From the NCBI RefSeq assembly GCF_028641065.1, contig NC_073400.1, positions 31,930,001 through 31,994,000 of the forward strand: 64,000 nucleotides of DNA. The letters run 5' to 3'. Shown here piece by piece: positions 23,566 to 37,000 of this stretch. The first letter of the stretch is position 1, and every line of letters starts with the position of its first letter. Below the pieces are notes generated by a model. The model had not been told where the DNA came from and did not search any database. It saw only the letters and a list, made by a program, of their open reading frames with translations. Position numbers and translations under genes: made by a program. Source of the DNA: Leucoraja erinacea (taxonomy: Eukaryota).

Positions 23566-24972
23566 AGGGCCTGTCCCACGAGCATGCGACTCCATGCGGC
23601 AAGCGCGACCTAACGTGGTCACTTGAGCCGTACGGCCTCGCGGGGCCGGTCCCACTTTGATCGCCGGAGCCGTATGGAGTTGTGTGGAGCTGGTCCCGAC
23701 ATCGCACGGAGCTCTGAAAAACTGAATATGTTAGGATATGGAAACAGGCTCTTCGGCCCACCGAGTCCAACCCAACCAGTGATCACCCCTACACTAGTTC
23801 TAACCTACACACTAGGGACAATTTACTGAAGCCAATTAACCATCAAATCTACACGTCTTTGCAATCTGAAAGGAAACCAGAGCACCCGGAGGAAACCCAC
23901 ATGGTCACAGGGACAATGTACATACACTGTACAGACAGTGCCCGTAGTCACCATCGAAGGCGGGTCTCTAGCGCTGTAAGGCAGCAACTCTACCGCTGCG
24001 CCACTGTACCGCCCCTGCATTGCCCTCGTGCATTGTTAGGGCTGCTGATTAGAGTCCAGTTTTGACCCTCGTTGGGTGTCAATTGTGGTTGTCAAGGAGC
24101 TTTCTTACCTCCGTATGGAGCCTGGTCTTCCAGTTATAGACCCACACCACCCTGGCCACACTCTCTTATCACCACTACTGAGGGGAAGATACAGGAGCCT
24201 GAGAACCGTGAGCTCCAGGTTCAAGAGCAGCTTCTTCCCAGCAAGCACAAGGTTGTTGAACCAGCCTGCACAACCCCAATCACAACCCTACGCCACTCAC
24301 CACAACCCTACACAACCCTGATGGACACTGCACCACTGGTGATGCCCCACGTACGTTGTCTTGTACTATCATGGTCTGGTTTACTTGGAATAACTGAGAC
24401 CTTATTGTGTACTTATGGTGTAAGTATATAATCATGATAGGCCAGGGTAGACAGTGGAGGGCTGCCACTACAGAGCCACCCATAGACCTGATAGAATTAT
24501 ATAAAGTTACTGTGCAGACCAAGTACAAACCCAACACAATATTCCACCACTCACCCATTCCCCAACGCTATATTCCACCACTCACCCGCTCCTCAACATT
24601 ATATTCCACCACTCACTCATAGCCCCCAACTATGCAGGCGCGGCTCATTTCTCTGCATCCCCTCTTCCTCCTCTTCACCCTCCCTCTTCAATACCTAGAG
24701 AGAGAGAGAGGAGGGGGAGAGAAGGAGAGAGGCAGAGAGAAAGGGGGTAGAGAGAGAGTGGGAAGGGGTAGAGGGAGAAGGAGGGTGGTAGTGGTGGGGA
24801 GGGATTAAATACATTCTTCTCAAGCTTACCCCCAGTCTAGTTCAGTCAAAAACCACTGAGTCAAGCACTGGAACAACTAAACTTTATTTTTGGATTGTAC
24901 ATCAAATTCCCCCTCACGATACCTAAACCACTGCGGGTTCAATCCTTGTATCTGCTTGGCCAAACCCTTCAG

Positions 24973-26775
24973 GTCCCTTGCAGTCAGAAACAAGTGAATT
25001 GATCATGGGGAACAAGGATATGGCGGACCAATTGAATAACTACTTTGGTTCTGTCTTCACTAAGGAAGACATAAATAATCTGCTGGAAATAGCAGGGGAC
25101 CGGGGGTCAAATGAGATGGAGGAACTGAGTGAAATCCAGGTTAGCCGGGAAGTGGTGGTAGGTAAATTGAATGAATTAAAAGCCGATAAATCCCCAGGGC
25201 CAGATAGGTTGTATCCCAGAGTACTTAAGGAAGTAGCCCCAGAAATAGTGGATGCATTAGTGATAATTTTTCAAAACTCTTTAGATTTGGGAGTAGTTCC
25301 TGAGGATTGGAGGGTAGCTAATGTAACACCACATTTTAAAAAGAGAGGGAGAGAGAAAATGGGGAATTACAGACCAGTTAGTCTAACGTCGGTAGTGGGG
25401 AAACTGCTAGAATCAGTTATTAAAGATGGGATAGTAGCACATTTGGAAAGTGGTGAAATCATTGGACAAAGTCAGCATGGATTTATGAAGGGTAAATCAT
25501 GTCTGACGAATCTTACAGAATTTTTCGAGGATGTAACTAGTAGAGTGGATAGGGGAGAACCAGTGGATGTGGTGTATCTGGACTTCCAGAAGGCTTTCGA
25601 CAAGGTCCCACATAAGAGATTAGTATACAAACTTAAAGCACACGGTATTGGGGGTTCAGTACTGATGTGGATAGAGAACTGGCTGGCAGACAGGAAGCAA
25701 AGAGTAGGAGTAAACGGGTCCTTTTCACAATGGCAGGCAGTGACTAGTGGGGTACCGCAAGGCTCAGTTCTGGGACCCCAGCTATTTACGGTATATATTA
25801 ATGATTTGGACGAGGGAATTGAATGCAACATCTCCAAGTTTGCGGATGACACAAAGGTTGGGGCAGTGTTAGCTCTGAGTAGGATGCTAGGAGGCTGCAA
25901 GGTGACTTGGATAGGCTGGGTGAGTGGGCAAATGCATGGCAGATGCAGTATAATGTGGATAAATGTGAGGTTATCCACTTTGGTGGCAAAAACAGGAAAT
26001 TAGACTATTATCTGAATGGTGGCCGATTAGGAAAGGGGGAGATGCAACGAGACCTGGGTGTCATGGTACACCAGTCATTAAAAGTAGGCATGCAGGTGCA
26101 GCAGGCAGTGAAGAAGGCGAATGGTATGTTAGCATTCATAGCAAAAGGATTTGAGTATAAGAGCAGGGAGGTTCTACTGCAGTTGTACAGGCTCTTGGTG
26201 AGACCACACCTGGAGTATTGCGTACAGTTTTGGTCTCTTAATCTGAGGAAAGACATTCTTGCCATAGAGGGAGTACAGAGAAGGCTCACCAGACTGATTC
26301 CTGGGATGTCAGGACTTTCATATGAAGAAAGACTGGATAGACTCGGTTTGTACTCGCTAGAATTTAGAAGATTGAGGGGGGATCTTATAGAAACGTACAA
26401 AATTCTTAAGGGGTTGGACAGGCTAGATGCAGGAAAATTGTTCCCGATGTTGGGGAAGTCCAGAACAAGGGGTCACAGTTTAAGGATAATAGGAAATCTT
26501 TTGGGGCCGAAATGAGGAAAACTTTTTTCACGCAGAGAGTGGTGAATCTCTGGAATTCTCTGCCGCAGAAGGTAGTTGAAGCCAGTTCATTGGCTATATT
26601 TAAGAGGGAGTTAGATGTGGCCCTTGTGGCTAAATGGATCAGGTGGTATGGAGAGAACGCAGGTACAGGATACTGAGTTGGATGATCTGCCATGATCATA
26701 TTGAATGGCGGTGCAGGCTCGAAGGGCCGAATGGCCTAGTCCTGCACCTATTAGCTATGTTTCTATGTTTCTATG
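24973..26775 (+). mobile_element. 5'-truncated CR1 LINE (RT region, one frameshift)
   Basis: ORFs 24978-26003 and 25907-26515 ([42 protein letters not shown]); TSD ttcag; (tttctatg)n tail. Confidence 0.93.
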
Positions 26776-28973
26776 TTCAGCCTCGTGCAAGCAGAAACAC
26801 TCCAAAAGGTCACGCTGTCCCAAGGATTCTTCTAGAAGATCGACAAAGGACCTCGTGGGGGCTGCCTTTTATAAGTCCCCGAACCTTGAGGGGCCGAACT
26901 ACATAGGGGTGGTCTCTTTACAATCTAATCAAACATATTAATTACATCAGTATATTATAGACAGTTTCCCAGACCACTAACAGATCCCATACAGTGTTTC
27001 AGGAGAAGCTTCTGGAAGATGCTAACTTAACTTGAATAATGCAACATTTACCCTGGAATTCAAACAAACCTGCCAGGGCTCAACACTTTAGCCAATCAAC
27101 AAGCAGTAGGATAACTGCCTGGCACATTATATACAATATTTACAATGCTGTTACAGTAATCCAATCAACCATGCATTTACACTTCATTGGAGGTCATCTC
27201 CTTGCACGGAAATCGGCATCAAAACATGGTGGGGCACAATTCCATGGCGGCACACATGCACACGCGTGCATGCGGCACACACGCGAGGATTCGGCCGTGG
27301 GCCCTGTGGACGGTAACATCGGGAACTGACTTGGTTGGTGACCGACTCCGAACTCCAGCAACAGCAGCTTCGTCCGCCCCGAATCGTGGGACTTGAATCG
27401 GCCCGTTCGCGGGGCCTTTCATCGCCCGGCGGTGGTTTCAACATTGGTATTGATGTGGATAGAGAACTGGCTGGCCTCTTAATCTGAGGAAAGACATTCT
27501 TGCCATAGAGGGAGTACAGAGAAAGTTCACCAGACTGATTCCTGGGATGGCAGGACTTTATGGCATACTGAGTTGGATGATCAGTATAATCATATTAAAT
27601 GGCAGTGCAGGCTCGAACGGCCGAATGGCCTACTCCTGCACCTATTTTCTATGTTTCTATGGGAGCCTCGATCGCCTCGATGCAGCAGTTTGATTTTAAG
27701 CCGCTCGGGCGCTGAAAGGCCCCGCGAACGGGACGATTCTGCCCATAGAAAGCGTCTGATAAAGTCCGGAACACAAAACATGGGCGGGGGGGGAATCGTC
27801 CCCCACCTCCCAAAGCATAGGGAGACGTGCCCCCTGTTCCCCCCCCCCCCCAGGATTTCCGCCCATGGCGGTCACGATGTCTCCTTCACCGCCGCAGTCT
27901 CGACGCCTCTTTGATGGCCGCGAAAAACCCCATGTGGGGCGTAGAAGGCCGGGTCGGATAAAGCGGAAAGTTAATTTCAAAGAGGTCCTCCCCCTGACAT
28001 CACTGGAAACTGGTGGTCGACCACTCCCCCTTTGTGACATCACTCGAAGCGCGGTGAAGGTTTGCTGTTTAATAAGTTGGTTTTCACTATTTTTAAAACG
28101 CTATAACTTGTGAACTACAGCATGTAATGTGAAGTGGAGCAGTTTATTTTGTCAAAGGTGTTAATGTGATTAATAATGTGCGGAGGAGGGGAGGAGGAGA
28201 GGGGAGAGAAGGAAGAGGGTAAAGACGAGGGGGAGGGAGTGTAAGAGACTCGTCTGCGCAGTTGTGGGGTATGGGTGAGTGGTGGAATATTACGTTGGGG
28301 TGGACGGGTACATCGCAGAGGAATCTCATTTAGATTTCTTGGGAGGAGGTTTTTCATTGTGGGGGGTGGAATTGCTGAGAGGTTTCATTTACTCCTTATT
28401 TATAAAATAATTACAATTGTGGGGAGGGGTGGGTTGGGGGCGGGGGCTCCCCGTTTCATTGTGGGGGGGGGGGAGTAAGAGAGAGGTTTCAGTTCCAGAA
28501 TTTTCCTTGTGGGGGGATGGGGTGAGTATTGTGGGGTATGGGTGAGTGGTGGAATATTACGTTGGGGGAACGGGGCCCAACGGGTCCCACTTGGTCTAGT
28601 TATCATTATTTATTTAATGTTTCACGTTTACACCAATCTCTCCACCACCACGAACAAGCAGCACAAGACGCGACAAGACAGATACCATTGTATGCAGATG
28701 CCGAGAAGTGTGATCAGCTCTGGCTGAACAACTAATCTTGTGTGTGGATTCGATAAGCAGAAGATTTAATGTCATAGTGTTATACAGTCATAGAGTGATA
28801 CAGCATGGAAACAGGCCCTTTGGCCCAACTTGCCCACATTGGACAACATGTCCCAGCTACACTAGCCCCACCTGTCCACGTTTGGTCCATATCCCTCCAA
28901 ATCTGACCTATGCCTGTACCTGTCTAGCTGTTTCTTAAACGTCGGGATAGTTTCTGCCTCAACTGCGATGAGT

Positions 28974-29316
28974 TGACCAGAACGAGACGTGGTGGAGACA
29001 CAAGCAGGATGTGTGGGGCGCCTGGTTGGCCGCTGGCAGCTGGGATGACGTTGTTCTTGTTAAACGTTAACGGCTGATGCAACGACACGTTTGGCAGAGG
29101 GTGGAGAGGTCGCGGCTGACTCCGGCCAATGCTCCGTGGGAGGCAGTGATTGGTTGAATGTACGTGAGGGCAGACAATGAGGGGCAGGAGAAGCCGGGAG
29201 TCGGTATAAAAGGAGCGAGCGATGGCAGGAGATGAGAACAAGACCGACCCCGTCACCCTGTGTGGAGACTCCGGAGCTGGTAACCAACCCTGTGGATCCT
29301 TCAAGTGTCTGTGAGT
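28974..29316 (+). promoter_or_regulatory. V-gene promoter/exon 1, copy C
   Basis: Intact ERSE 29135-29153, TATA about 29205. Confidence 0.72.
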
Positions 29317-29857
29317 GATGGGGGTGGGATTGTCTCTGTTCACTGTTCCCCCAGTTCAGAAGCCTGATAGCAGAGGGGAAGAAGCTGTTCCTGAGTCTGG
29401 TGGTGCGCGCTTTCAAGCTTCTGTACCTTCTGCTAGACAGGACCAGGGAGAAGGAGGAATGACCGGGGTGGGACAAGTGATGGAGTCATAGAGTCACAGC
29501 GAGACCTTCGGCCCAACTTGCCCGCGCCCACCAACGTGTCCCCATCAATACTAGACCCACCTGCCTGCGTTTGGCCCTTACCCCTCTAATCCTGTCCTAT
29601 CAATGTACCTGTCTAACTGTTTCTTAATCATTGTGATAGTACCTGCCCCAACTACCTCTTCCGGCAGCTCGTTCCAAACACCCTCCACCCTTTGTGTAAA
29701 AAAGTCACCCCTCAGTTTCCCATGAAATCTTTCCCCCCCTCGACTTAAACCGATGTCCTCTGGTCCTCGATTCCCCAACTCTGGGCGGGTTCAGGGAATG
29801 TCATCATGAATCCTACTGAGTTGCAATAAGGTGACCCATTGTTTCACCCACAGGAAC

Positions 29858-30397
29858 ATGGGGCTGCAGAGCTGGATAGGATTCATGGTCCTTGTGGAGA
29901 TGGTGTGGCAAGTCTCCGCAACTGGAACAGGTCCGATCTCCAGAGAATGGGGAGAGGAAGCAAACTTGGCCGGGCGGAACGCACGGGCCCCTCGACAAGT
30001 CACCAATGAACAGCTTCCAAGATGCACGGACAAGTCAGATTCTGATGCCATCAGTCATCACCCATCACCGATTAACAAGAAGGTGCTCGTTGCATCTCTG
30101 GGCGGTTCTGTTACGTTGCCATGTAATATATCCAACCTTAAAAATCATCACAGGTTTGTTGAATGGATAAAAGATGGTGTTGAAATTGCCCATTTCCATG
30201 AGAGAGCGTATGCACATTATACGGGATCTGATGTTCACTGGAAGTTCGTGCATCACGACGTCTATATGACTCAGGACGCCACGTTGCTCCTGACAGGTGT
30301 AAAAGAGGAAGATAAAGGGTCGTATTCCTGTGTTTGGTCCGTGTATAGAGATAGACCGTTTTGTGAATTATTGATGCAGCTGGTGATCTCTCACTGA
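29858..30397 (+). CDS. secreted single V-set Ig domain protein, copy C (179 aa)
   Basis: Same architecture as copy B; intact ORF; DKGSYSC motif. Confidence 0.85.
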   Translation: MGLQSWIGFMVLVEMVWQVSATGTGPISREWGEEANLAGRNARAPRQVTNEQLPRCTDKSDSDAISHHPSPINKKVLVASLGGSVTLPCNISNLKNHHRFVEWIKDGVEIAHFHERAYAHYTGSDVHWKFVHHDVYMTQDATLLLTGVKEEDKGSYSCVWSVYRDRPFCELLMQLVISH

Positions 30398-31805
30398 TTC
30401 AGCAGGGCCAGTCCCAGGGTCAGTAGCAAAGTCTAGTTTAGTTTAGTTTCGTTCAGAGGTACAACAGGGAAACAAGCCCTTCGGCCACAGAGTCAATGGG
30501 GACCAGTGATCACCCCATATACTAGTTCTATCCCACACACTAGATACAATTTACACTGACCAATTAACCTACAAACCTGCACGTCTCTGGGGTGTGGGAT
30601 GAAACCGGAGCACCCGGATTCCAAAGAGGAAGGAAGATTCCAAGGGGAGTTAGGGGCGACCGTGGCTGACAAGGGAAGTCAGGGACACTATCAAAATAAA
30701 AGAGACCAGGTATAACGTTGCAAAGATGAGCGGAAAGCCAGGGGATTGGGTAACTCTTTTAAAGAGCAACAGAAGATAACTAAAAAAGCAATACGGGGAG
30801 AAAAGATGAGGTATGAAGGTAAGATAGCCAAGAATAGAAAGGAGGATCGTAAAAGCTTCTTTAGATATGTGAAAAAAATTAGTTCAGACTAAAATTGGAC
30901 CTTTATAGACTAAAAACTTTGGATCCGTCTTCACTAAGGAGAACACAAACAATCTCCCTGATGTATTAGTGGTCAGAGGATCTGGGGACAATGGAGAACC
31001 AGTGGATGTAGTGTACCTGGACTTGCAGGAAGTATTTGATATGGTCCTACATAGGAGATTAGTGGGCAAAATTAGAGCACATGGTATTGGGGGAAGGGCC
31101 TGTTTCCATATTGTTTGACTCTGACACTAAGTAGGGAATAGTAAAGGTATAAAGATGAGCAGCGTGGAAGGTGTGAGCGTGGATCGCATGCAGTGAGGAG
31201 AACTGACCTTGCTTGCACCGGTAAATGTACGTTTAATGTAAATAAACTTTCTTCTGCCTGCCCTGAAGACAGCCGGTGTGAGTGATTCTTTGTACGCCAG
31301 CATTGAGTTGGGTGTGAACTTTGTGCAACTTTTGCTCACTACGGGCAACATCGCCGGATTAAAGGGCCTGTCCCACGAGCATGCGACTCCATGCGGCAAG
31401 CGCGACCTAACGTGGTCACTTGAGCCGTACGGCCTCGCGGGGCCGGCCCCACTTTGATCGCCGGAGCCGTATGGAGTTGTGTGGAGCTGGTCCCGACATC
31501 ACGCGGAGCTCTGAAAAACTGAATATGTTAGGATATGGAAACAGGTTCTTCGGCTCACCGAGTCCAACCCAACCAGTGATCACCCCTACACTAGTTCTAA
31601 CCTACACACTAGGGACAATTTACTGAAGTCAATTAACCTATAAATCTACACGCCTTTGCAATCTGAAAGGAAACCAGAGCACCCGGAGGAAACCCACGTG
31701 GTCACAGGGACAATGTACATACACTGTACAGACAGTGCCCGTAGTTACAATCGAAGGCGGGTCACTAGGGACAATTTACTGAAGCCAATTAACCTATAAA
31801 TCTAC

Positions 31806-32687
31806 CAGGGCCCCATCCCCGACCTCTACCTCCGCTACATCGACGACTGCTTTGGTGCCACCTCCTGCACCCGCACACAACTGACTGACTTCATCCACTT
31901 CACCACTAACTTCCATCCGGCACTCAAATACACCTGGACCATTTCCGACACTTCCCTACCATTCCTTGACCTCACTATCTCCATTGCAGGTGATAGACTT
32001 CTGACCGACATACACTATAAACCCACTGACTCCCATGGCTATCTGGACTACACTTCTTCCCACCCTGCTTCCTGTAAGGACTCCATCCCCTACTCCCAAT
32101 TCCTCCGTCTACGCCGCATCTGCTCCACGGATGAGGCATTCCACACCAGGACATCTGAAATGTCCTCATTATTCAGGGAAACGGGGGTTCCCCTCCTCCA
32201 CCATAAATGAGGCTCGCACCAGGGTCTCTTCCATACCCCGCAACACTGCTCTCTCTCCCCATCCCCGCACTCGCAACAAGGGCCGAGTCCCCCTAGTCCT
32301 CACCTTTCACCCCACCAGCCGTCACATACAAAAAGTAATCCTCGTCAGTTTCGCCACCTCCAACGTGACCCCACCACTCGCCACATCTAACCATCTCCCC
32401 CCATATCTGCCTTCCGCAAAGACCGCTCCCTCCATAACTCCCTTGTCAATTCTTCCCTTCTCTCTCGCACCACCCCCTCCCCGGGCACTTTCCCTTGCAA
32501 CCGCAAGAGATGCAACACTTGTCCCTTTACCTCCCCCCTCGACTCCGTTCAAGGACCCAAGCAATCGTTCCAGGTGCGACAGAGGTTCACCGATCAGTCT
32601 GAAGAAGGGTTTCGGCCCGAAACGTTGCCTATTTCCTTCGCTCCATAGATGCTGCTGCACCCGCTGAGTTTCTCCAGCATTTTTGTG
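31806..32687 (+). mobile_element. Penelope-like element, RT region, endonuclease internally deleted
   Basis: LYLRYIDDCFG...LPFLDL...YKPTDSHGYLDYTSSHP...IPYSQFLRLRRICS; flanked by duplicated taacctataaatctac. Confidence 0.88.
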
Positions 32688-33655
32688 TAACCTATAAATC
32701 TACACATCTTTGCAATCTGAAAGGAAACCAGAGCACCCGGAGGAAACCCACATGGTCACAGGGACAATGTACATACACTGTACAGACAGTGCCCGTAGTT
32801 ACCATCGAAGGCGGGTCTCTAGCGCTGTAAGGCAGCAACTCTACCGCTGCGCCACTGTACCGCCCCTGCATTGCCCTCGTGCATTGTTAGGGCTGCTGAT
32901 TAGAGTCCAGTTTTGACCCTCGTTGGGTGTCAATTGTGGTTGTCAAGGAGCTTTCTTACCTCCGTGTGGAGCCTGGTCTTCCAGTTATAGAACCACACAC
33001 ACCCTGGCCACACTCTCTTATCACCACTACTGAGGGGAAGGTACAGGAGCCTGAGAACCGTGAGCTCCAGGTTCAAGAGCAGCTTCTTCCCAGCAAGCAC
33101 AAGGTTGTTGAACCAGCCTGCACAACCCCAACCACAACCCTACGCCACTCACCATAACCCTACACAACCCTGATGGACACTGCACCCACTGGTGATGCCC
33201 CACGTACGTTGTCTTGTACTATCATGGTCTGGTTTACTTGGAATAACTGAGACCTTATTGTGTACTTATGGTGTAAGTATATAATCATGATAGGCCAGGG
33301 TAGACAGTGGAGGGCTGGCACTACAGAGCCACCCATAGACCTGATAGAATTATATAAAGTTACTGTGCAGACCAAGTACAAACCCAACGCAATATTCCAC
33401 CACTCACCCGCTCCCCAACGCAATATTCCACCACTCACCCGATCCCCCAACGGAACCCGTTCCCCAACGCAATATTCCACCACTCTGGGAAACAGGTCCT
33501 TCGGCCCAACTTGCCCACATTGGACAACATGTCCCAGCTACACTAGTCCCACCTGTCCAAGTTTGGTCCATATCCCTCCAAATCTGGCCTATCCATGTAC
33601 CTGTCTAGCTGTTTCTTAAATGTCGGGATAGTTTCTGCCTCAACCTGCGATGGGT

Positions 33656-33939
33656 TGACCAGAACGAGACGTGGTGGAGAGGACACAAGCAGGATGTGTG
33701 GGGCGGCCTGGTTGGCCGCTGGCAGCTGGGATGACGTTGTTCTTGTTAAACGTTAACGGCTGATGCAACGACACGTTTTGGCAGAGGGTGGAGAGGTCGC
33801 GGCTGACTCCGGCAATGCTCCCGTGGGAGGCAGTGATTGGTTGAATGTACGTGAGGGCAGACAATGAGGGGCAGGAGAAGCGGGGAGTCGGTATAAAAGG
33901 ATGCGAGCGATGGCAGGAGATGAGAACAAGACCCGACCC
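33656..33939 (+). promoter_or_regulatory. V-gene promoter cut by the assembly gap
   Basis: ERSE 33822-33840 and TATA about 33892; many 1-nt indels consistent with a low-quality contig end. Confidence 0.6.
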
Positions 33940-34039
33940 NNNNNNNNNNNNNNNNNNNNNNNNNNNNNNNNNNNNNNNNNNNNNNNNNNNNNNNNNNNNN
34001 NNNNNNNNNNNNNNNNNNNNNNNNNNNNNNNNNNNNNNN
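33940..34039. other. assembly gap (100 N)
   Basis: Run of N. Confidence 1.
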
Positions 34040-34099
34040 CAAACTCGCTAAACGCCCACAGGAAAAGTTGGGTTTCTTTGCATGTGGAAGGACACTCAC

Positions 34100-37000
34100 T
34101 GGCTGAGCTGAGGAACCTCGTAGCCAGTATCGATGTTGCTCATCCCACCAGCAACGGCAGCCGAGAGCAGCAGTCGTGGCTTTCCTGCGCTTTTCCCTTC
34201 GGCCTCGAAGGCAGCCATCAGCTCCTGTGGGTCAGAGAGATCGAGGGCTCCTTTAGCAAGAGGTCAAGTCTAGTCTTAGAAAGGGTCCCGACCCAAAACA
34301 TCGCCTATCCTCTTTCCTCAGAGATGCTGCCTGACCCGCTGAGTTACTCCAACACTTTGTGTCAATTTCGATTTTAGTTCAGTTTGGTTTAGAGATGCAG
34401 CTTGGAAACAGGCCCATCGGCCGATCGAGTCCATGCCGATCAGCGATTACCCTTTCACTGTAGTTATATCCTACATACTTGGGACAATTTACTGAAGCCA
34501 ATTAACCTACAAGCCCACACATATTTGGAGTGTGGGAGGAATCAAGAGCACCTGAGGTCACAGGGAGAACGTACAAACTCCGTACAGACAGCATCCATGG
34601 TCAGGATCGATCCCGCGTCTCTGGTGCTTTGGGGCAGCAACTCTACCGCTGCGCCACCGTGTCAACCAAGAGTGGGGAAGAAACCTTTTAATCCCCACTC
34701 AAAATGGTGCTTGGTTCAAACTTTATTAAATTCTTAATTTCTGAATTCTTAAAATCTTTTGTGAAAATCTGTCCTTGGTGATCTTGACAATAAGGTTACA
34801 TTTATTGGATACATTTTCAAGTCATAGAGTTATGCAGCGTGGAAACAGACTTTTTGGCCCAACCTGCCCACACCGACCAATATGTCCCATCTGCACTAGT
34901 CCCACAAAGTGCTGGAGTAACTCAGCGGGTCAGGCAGCATCTGTGGAGAACATGGATAGGTGACGTTTCACAGAGTGCTGGAGAACTCAGCGGGTCAGGC
35001 AGCATCTGTGGAGATAAAGGATAGGTTTGGCCTGCGTTTGGCCCATTTATTTTAAAGAAACTCATAGTGAGATGTACTTGACTGAACCTGAGCCAGGACA
35101 GTGTAGAGATGCTTGTCAACGGGAGGACTTCCTCGAGATCCAGGATATTCCCAGTCGATGTCCAGACCGTCAAAGCCGTACCCTCTCAGGAAGGCGATGA
35201 CTGACTTGATGAAGATTTGCCGAGTTCCTGATGAGGCGACCATCGCGGTGAATCTGCAGGAGGGATGGATGTGGGGAGAGGAGTTAGAAATGAAATGTGC
35301 CGGAGACACAAGGAACTGTAGTAACGGCCGCTGTACTCAGTGACCCAGTGAATCTGCTGTTATATCCTATCGTGTACAGATTCACCCTCGCCTTCATTGA
35401 ATGTTCGTGGTTAAAAAATTACTCCTTTCTCCTGCTATTATCCCAAGTTTCATGTGAAATTATTATTTCTGAAAATGACATTTAGTTCAGAGATACGGCG
35501 TGGAAACATGCCCTTCGGCCCCCCCAGTCTGCACCGACCAGCGATCCCCGCTCACTAACACTATGCTACACACACAAGGGACAATTTACATTTATAACAA
35601 GCCAATTAACCTACAAATTTGTACGTCTTTGGAGTGTGGGAGCAAACTGAAGATCTCTGAGAAAACCCAGGAGGTCACAGGGAGAACATACAAACTCCGT
35701 ACAGACAGCACCCGTAGTCAGGATCGAACCTGGGTCTCTGGTGCTGTAAGTGCAATAAGGCAACAACTCTACCGCTGTGCCACACACTATTGAAAGGATT
35801 CTTTCGTAAAATTATGTTATGTTACTTTTTGGCAAGCAATATCCTATATTGTTCAAATTACAATTTGCAAACTGCTCTGTTTAATAATACTCCTGAAACA
35901 GTTCACTGCAAACTTATCCCCTCGATATTTATCTCTGTGTATATCATTACAGGATGTTTAGCCACTAAAAAACTGAAATAGGCAGGCAAAAAGGCATAAT
36001 AAAACTACAAAGAAGGCACGTAAAAGGCATTTATTGACATAAAAAGGCATGTATTTCCACCACCAAAATATGGTTAAAAATGATAATATAAAGTTATAGT
36101 ACATTAAATGACCAAAGTTGCCTGGTTGCACATAATTACTAGCATTTTTTCAAATTATCTGGTGTTAAACTATGCCGTCTGTCAGACAGAATATTCTTCA
36201 GTTGTGAAAAACTTATTTGTACCCCAGCTGAGGTCACTGGTGCATACCAGAAACAAGCTACAGACTCTATATTCACGTCGATACCTTGTGCATTACAATT
36301 ACCTTTGAGAACTTTAGCTATGTTTTGTATTTCTTCATGATCTTTGTTAGGTAAAATCACTCTCTCATAATTTCCTTGTATGTCTTTACCTACATCGCCA
36401 CATTTACGAATATCGTCAGTTACTTTGTGGAAAACCTGCAAGTTATTCACTAACGTTTCACCACCTTTCTCAAGGGAAGTGGTAGCTTGTGGGAAGTTTG
36501 CAAAATTGGAAGCAATGAATAGATGTTGGGGAAGACTGAACCAGCGGGCAGTGGCACGAAGGACAGTGGCGCCCCCAGTTTCATCCCGGAGGTGAAAATC
36601 TTCTTGTAATTTATACTATGTTAACACTTTAATAATAACATTAATATTAACGTGTTAATATAGAAAATGTCATTGTAATCATGGTACTAGACAAAATTGC
36701 ATGACCTTTTAGCAAAACAGCAAAAAAAAGGCTGATTTAGCCACTAGATCGTGAAAAAGGCATCTTGGTAAAATCATCAAAAAAGGCATGAAACGGCACA
36801 TGCCATTTATGTCAAAATTACCAAACACACCCACTGTTTACGTTGGGCACATCGAACTGCAGGTGCTGGTTTACAAAAAGAAAAGACACAAAGTGCTGGA
36901 GTAAATCAGCGGGTCAGGCAGCATCTCTAGAGAACATGGATAGGTGACGATTCGGTTCAAGCCCCTTCTTCAGGCTGAGTTACTGAGGAGTTACTCCAGT

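Noticed and set aside
23330-23770. 146-aa minus-strand ORF over the conserved downstream block
   Set aside because: Spans SINE and MITE pieces and is frameshifted in the copy near 15535; better explained as 3' UTR/poly(A) region.
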